Below are positions 36,710 to 39,507 of a stretch of DNA of 39,507 bases, piece by piece; within the stretch, counting starts at the first letter, position 1; every line of letters starts with the position of its first letter. Source of the DNA: Candidatus Faecousia gallistercoris. GTDB taxonomy: Bacteria; Bacillota; Clostridia; Oscillospirales; Oscillospiraceae. The stretch covers positions 1-39,507 of the forward strand of contig DVKP01000202.1 in NCBI GenBank assembly GCA_018715965.1, read 5' to 3'. The position numbers were made by a program, and so were the translations under genes. Below the pieces are notes generated by a model, which saw nothing but the letters and a program-made list of their open reading frames with translations, was not told where the DNA came from and made no database searches.

Positions 36710-36738
36710 ATCTTACCACTCTTCCTTCCAAAAGTCAA
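36710..36738 (-). promoter_or_regulatory. Sigma-A promoter of lspA-rluD
   Basis: Minus strand TTGACT-17bp-TAAGAT with TGn. Confidence 0.65.
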
Positions 36739-36773
36739 AGAAAACTGCACAGTTTCTCCCTTTGCACTCCACC

Positions 36774-37124
36774 TCAACCGGATATGGCATCCATTTCGCC
36801 CGACTGGGAAAACTGCACCACCAACCGGTGCGGCAAGCAAATGATCGGTCGCCCCCCATTTTGCCAACCGGCTTGCATGCATTCGCCATTGGGACAATCC
36901 GCCTGCGTCACGGCAATTTTGCCCTGTGACACCGTCACGGTATTGGTCCCGTACCGGCTTTCCACCAGGATGCTCTGATCTTCAGCCAGGGACACGCGGC
37001 ATACCAATTCGCCGTCGGACCAGATTTCCGCAAAGCGGGCCTCAGCCGGTGGACGGAGCAGAAACAGCAGTCCTGCCAAAAGCAGGCCTCCCAGCAGGAG
37101 AATCCAGGTCCGGGTTCTGATCAT
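36774..37124 (-). CDS. NusG domain II-containing membrane-anchored protein
   Basis: N-terminal TM and ADCP...C...G...PIICLPHRLVV signature. Confidence 0.88.
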   Translation of the reverse strand: MIRTRTWILLLGGLLLAGLLFLLRPPAEARFAEIWSDGELVCRVSLAEDQSILVESRYGTNTVTVSQGKIAVTQADCPNGECMQAGWQNGGRPIICLPHRLVVQFSQSGEMDAISG

Positions 37125-38119
37125 GACCCAATCACCTCAAACGTGCAGCCGGACAGCTGCCCGGCAATCCCCTCTGTGGCGTAAACCGTCCCGTCCTCCG
37201 TCAAAAACACAGCTTCAAAATCTCCGCTGTCCCGCCAAAATGCAGCGGCCCGCTCCAGTCCCATGACATACAGCGCGGTGGACAATCCGTCGGCCAGCAG
37301 TCCGTCCTCCGCCACAACCGTGACGGAGGCCAGTCCCGTCTGGGCCGGCATTCCCGTATCCGGGTCGATGATATGGCAATACCGCACGCCGTCCTCCACA
37401 AAATACCGCTGATAGCCCCCGGAGGTCACCACGGCCCAATTGCCGGTGACCGACAGCATACCGGCCGTTCCGGCGCCCTCCGGGTCCTGGATGCCAATCT
37501 GCCAGGGCGTTCCGTCGGGTTTTTCACCGTAGGTCTGTACATTTCCACCAATGGACAAAATACCGCCTGTGATATCCTCCCGCTCCGCGAGAGATTCCAC
37601 AGCCAGACGCGCGGCCCAGCCTTTTCCCACAGCCCCCAAATCGATCTGCGCGCCGTGGGCCAAACAAGCGCCGGATCCATGGAGCATCAGCTGTTCGGCG
37701 CCCGTATGCTGCAGCGCCTGCTCCAGCTCCTCTTGCTCCGGGACCCGATAGTGTCCTGTGGTAAATCCCCACAGCTTTGTCACCGGGTACAGACAGGGAT
37801 CCAAGGCGCCCCCTGTTCGCCGACTCAAGTGCAGCGTCTCCTGCAGCAGGATTTGCATCGGCCCGGTCAACGCCACCGTCTGCCCCTCATTCAGGCGGCT
37901 GGTGAGAGAATCCGGCCGGGTGACAGACAGCTGCTCCTCCTGTTCCTGAAACAGCCGTGCCAGATCCTGCCCCGCCTCTTCTCCGCCGCTTCCCCAAAGC
38001 TTCACCGTCATCACCGTATCCATCGCGTAAATCTGAAATTCTGCCGGTTGCCGGCTGCAACCCGGCAGCAGCAGCGCTATAATCAGGAAAGAAATCCAAA
38101 ATAATCCCTTTTTTGTCAT
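37121..38119 (-). CDS. apbE: FAD:protein FMN transferase ApbE (lipoprotein)
   Basis: Lipobox LLPGC, AMDT, IDLGAVGKG, SIGGN, TSGGYQRY, HIIDP and ADGLSTA. Confidence 0.94.
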   Translation of the reverse strand: MTKKGLFWISFLIIALLLPGCSRQPAEFQIYAMDTVMTVKLWGSGGEEAGQDLARLFQEQEEQLSVTRPDSLTSRLNEGQTVALTGPMQILLQETLHLSRRTGGALDPCLYPVTKLWGFTTGHYRVPEQEELEQALQHTGAEQLMLHGSGACLAHGAQIDLGAVGKGWAARLAVESLAEREDITGGILSIGGNVQTYGEKPDGTPWQIGIQDPEGAGTAGMLSVTGNWAVVTSGGYQRYFVEDGVRYCHIIDPDTGMPAQTGLASVTVVAEDGLLADGLSTALYVMGLERAAAFWRDSGDFEAVFLTEDGTVYATEGIAGQLSGCTFEVIGS

Positions 38120-38188
38120 ATCAATTTCCGCTTCTACTCCACAAAAACAATGTGACCCGGCAAAGCCGGGCCACACCACAGCAGTTCC

Positions 38189-38386
38189 TTATACAGGCAC
38201 ATTCTCCCGGACAATGACGAAACCGTCCACCAAATTGGCCTCCTGCAGCTGCCCTTCAACGGCCACCTGCCGGTCCATCAAGTCGGTCAAAATGACGCAA
38301 CCGTCTCTGCACTCCACCTTCATGACGTTTTGCATGATCACATCCTCAGGTGACTTCTTGTTCTTATATACGGTAGACAAACACAT
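38189..38386 (-). CDS. CooT-family nickel-binding protein
   Basis: 65 aa starting MCLSTVY (conserved Cys2), with MQNV...TDLM...G...ANL pattern. Confidence 0.8.
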   Translation of the reverse strand: MCLSTVYKNKKSPEDVIMQNVMKVECRDGCVILTDLMDRQVAVEGQLQEANLVDGFVIVRENVPV

Positions 38387-38388
38387 AA

Positions 38389-38757
38389 TTACGCATTCCT
38401 TTCATGCTCCATGGCCGTCATCACGGTGGAAAGGCGCAAATTGCCCTTTTCAAAATCAGACACCGCCTGCAGCACCTGTTCGTAAGCTTCGTGCTCCCCG
38501 GCCTCATCCAGCTGCTTTGCCAAGCCGGCCAATTCCCGGGCATGGGCGGCGTTATGGCCCACCATGTATTTCATGAGCGCCATCAGTTCTTCCCGAGGCG
38601 TATGGGAGCAACCGTTACAAGTATCGCAGGCTGTTCCTGTACACGGTTCCTGGCCACCGTGGGTATGAGGGTGGTTACCATGCTCATGGGTGTGCCCATG
38701 GGACTCGTCATGATTGTGCCCGGAAGAAACGGAATCGGAATGTAAATGCATAAACAA
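38389..38757 (-). CDS. His/Cys-rich putative Ni/Co chaperone or storage protein
   Basis: HNHDESHGHTHEHGNHPHTH, C-x3-C-x2-C-x2-C, then LMKYMVGHNAAHAREL helical domain. Confidence 0.75.
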   Translation of the reverse strand: MFMHLHSDSVSSGHNHDESHGHTHEHGNHPHTHGGQEPCTGTACDTCNGCSHTPREELMALMKYMVGHNAAHARELAGLAKQLDEAGEHEAYEQVLQAVSDFEKGNLRLSTVMTAMEHERNA

Positions 38758-38803
38758 TCTCCTCTCCCTGGCATTAAGACCGCCAGAGTTTCATTTTACG
38801 TCC

Positions 38804-38832
38804 ATTATACTGCACCTTGCCTCCTATGTCAA
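38804..38832 (-). promoter_or_regulatory. Consensus sigma-A promoter of the His-rich/cooT unit
   Basis: Minus strand perfect TTGACA-17bp-TATAAT. Confidence 0.85.
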
Positions 38833-38871
38833 AGGATTCCGCATCGGGGAAAAAATATCCCCCCACCACCC

Positions 38872-38900
38872 TTGCGCTCTGAAAATGCGGCTGCTATAAT
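38872..38900 (+). promoter_or_regulatory. Sigma-A promoter of the metal-sensor gene
   Basis: TTGCGC-17bp-TATAAT with TGn. Confidence 0.7.
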
Positions 38901-38940
38901 AACAAAAATAACATGTTTCATTCAGAAAAAGGAGCTCCCT

Positions 38941-39294
38941 ATGGCAAACGAACCGGTCCACTCGTCAAAAGAAGAAACGACCCACGACCACGCTTACCTG
39001 CACGCCCACGGCATCGCCCACAGTCATAACCACGTGCATGCCAATCAGAAAGCTGTGGTGAACCGCCTGGCCAGAGCCATCGGCCACTTGGAAAAGGTCA
39101 AGCGCATGGTAGAAGAGGGATATGATTGCGCGGAGGTTCTGGTGCAGCTGGCCGCCGTTCGTTCCGCTCTGGACAATGCCGGCAAGGTAATTTTACAGGA
39201 CCATATGCGTCATTGTATGGTAGACGCCGTGGCGGCAGGAGATTTGGCCGCCATTGAGGATTTGTGTCAGGCCATCGAAAAATTTATGAAGTGA
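38941..39294 (+). CDS. CsoR/RcnR-family metal-sensing repressor with His-rich N-terminus (InrS-like)
   Basis: NRLARAIGHL..V..M, DCAEVLVQLAAVRSAL and DHMRHC. AAGGAG RBS. Confidence 0.92.
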   Translation: MANEPVHSSKEETTHDHAYLHAHGIAHSHNHVHANQKAVVNRLARAIGHLEKVKRMVEEGYDCAEVLVQLAAVRSALDNAGKVILQDHMRHCMVDAVAAGDLAAIEDLCQAIEKFMK

Positions 39295-39304
39295 GGAGCC
39301 CGTT

Positions 39305-39507
39305 ATGGATTTAAAAACCTGCCGTTTGATCACCAGAGTGCTTTACGCCGCCTGCTTTATTTTAATTCTGCTCTCTCTCACTCAGGAAAGGGAACCTATC
39401 CGGATGGGAATCCTGGGCGTGGCTTTGGGATACATTGACCGAGGCGGTGCCCAAATCAAGAGTCGAGCCGCTTTGGGGAGTCTCGATATAGGGCGAATCT
39501 TCACCCA
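39305..39507 (+). CDS. Partial small membrane protein (open at the window edge)
   Basis: GAGGAG RBS, then ATG and MDLKTCRLITRVLYAACFILILLSLT...; no stop before the end. Confidence 0.45.
   Translation, partial: MDLKTCRLITRVLYAACFILILLSLTQEREPIRMGILGVALGYIDRGGAQIKSRAALGSLDIGRIFT

Noticed and set aside
39438-39507. Group II intron 5' end at GTGCCC
   Set aside because: It does not match GUGYG exactly, and too little sequence remains to see intron domains.

Overview
A GC-rich, mostly housekeeping window that reads like an endospore-forming Clostridia chromosome (Oscillospiraceae-like lineage is my inference). It is probably origin-proximal, because two perfect parS sites sit next to soj/spo0J. 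In order it carries rrf2-cysK-iscS-iscU, an AraC regulator, a TraX-family protein, a large SLH surface protein, serS, parB/parA, asd, dusB, dCMP deaminase and rpsO-pnp. After these come a five-gene Dlt-like accessory operon, a preQ1-I riboswitch with queT, a HAD hydrolase, rnhA, an RlmL-type methylase, a lipid kinase, CIRCE-groESL, rpiB and a YmfI-like SDR. The window ends with yabR-divIC-yabQ-yabP, rluD, lspA and a nusG-II/apbE/cooT/His-rich/InrS-like metal locus. The best candidate for an undescribed system is the operon at 18.3-24.3 kb: adenylation enzyme, GNAT, carrier protein, MBOAT with a fused FIYxxF acyl shuttle, and an SGNH-like protein fused to a CE4 deacetylase. It looks like a non-D-Ala envelope acylation pathway with built-in acetylation and deacetylation. 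The second candidate is a pair of diverged ~125-bp elements with terminal inverted repeats and a covarying hairpin, which flank the SLH gene in inverted orientation. All calls come from reading motifs; no database searches were run.
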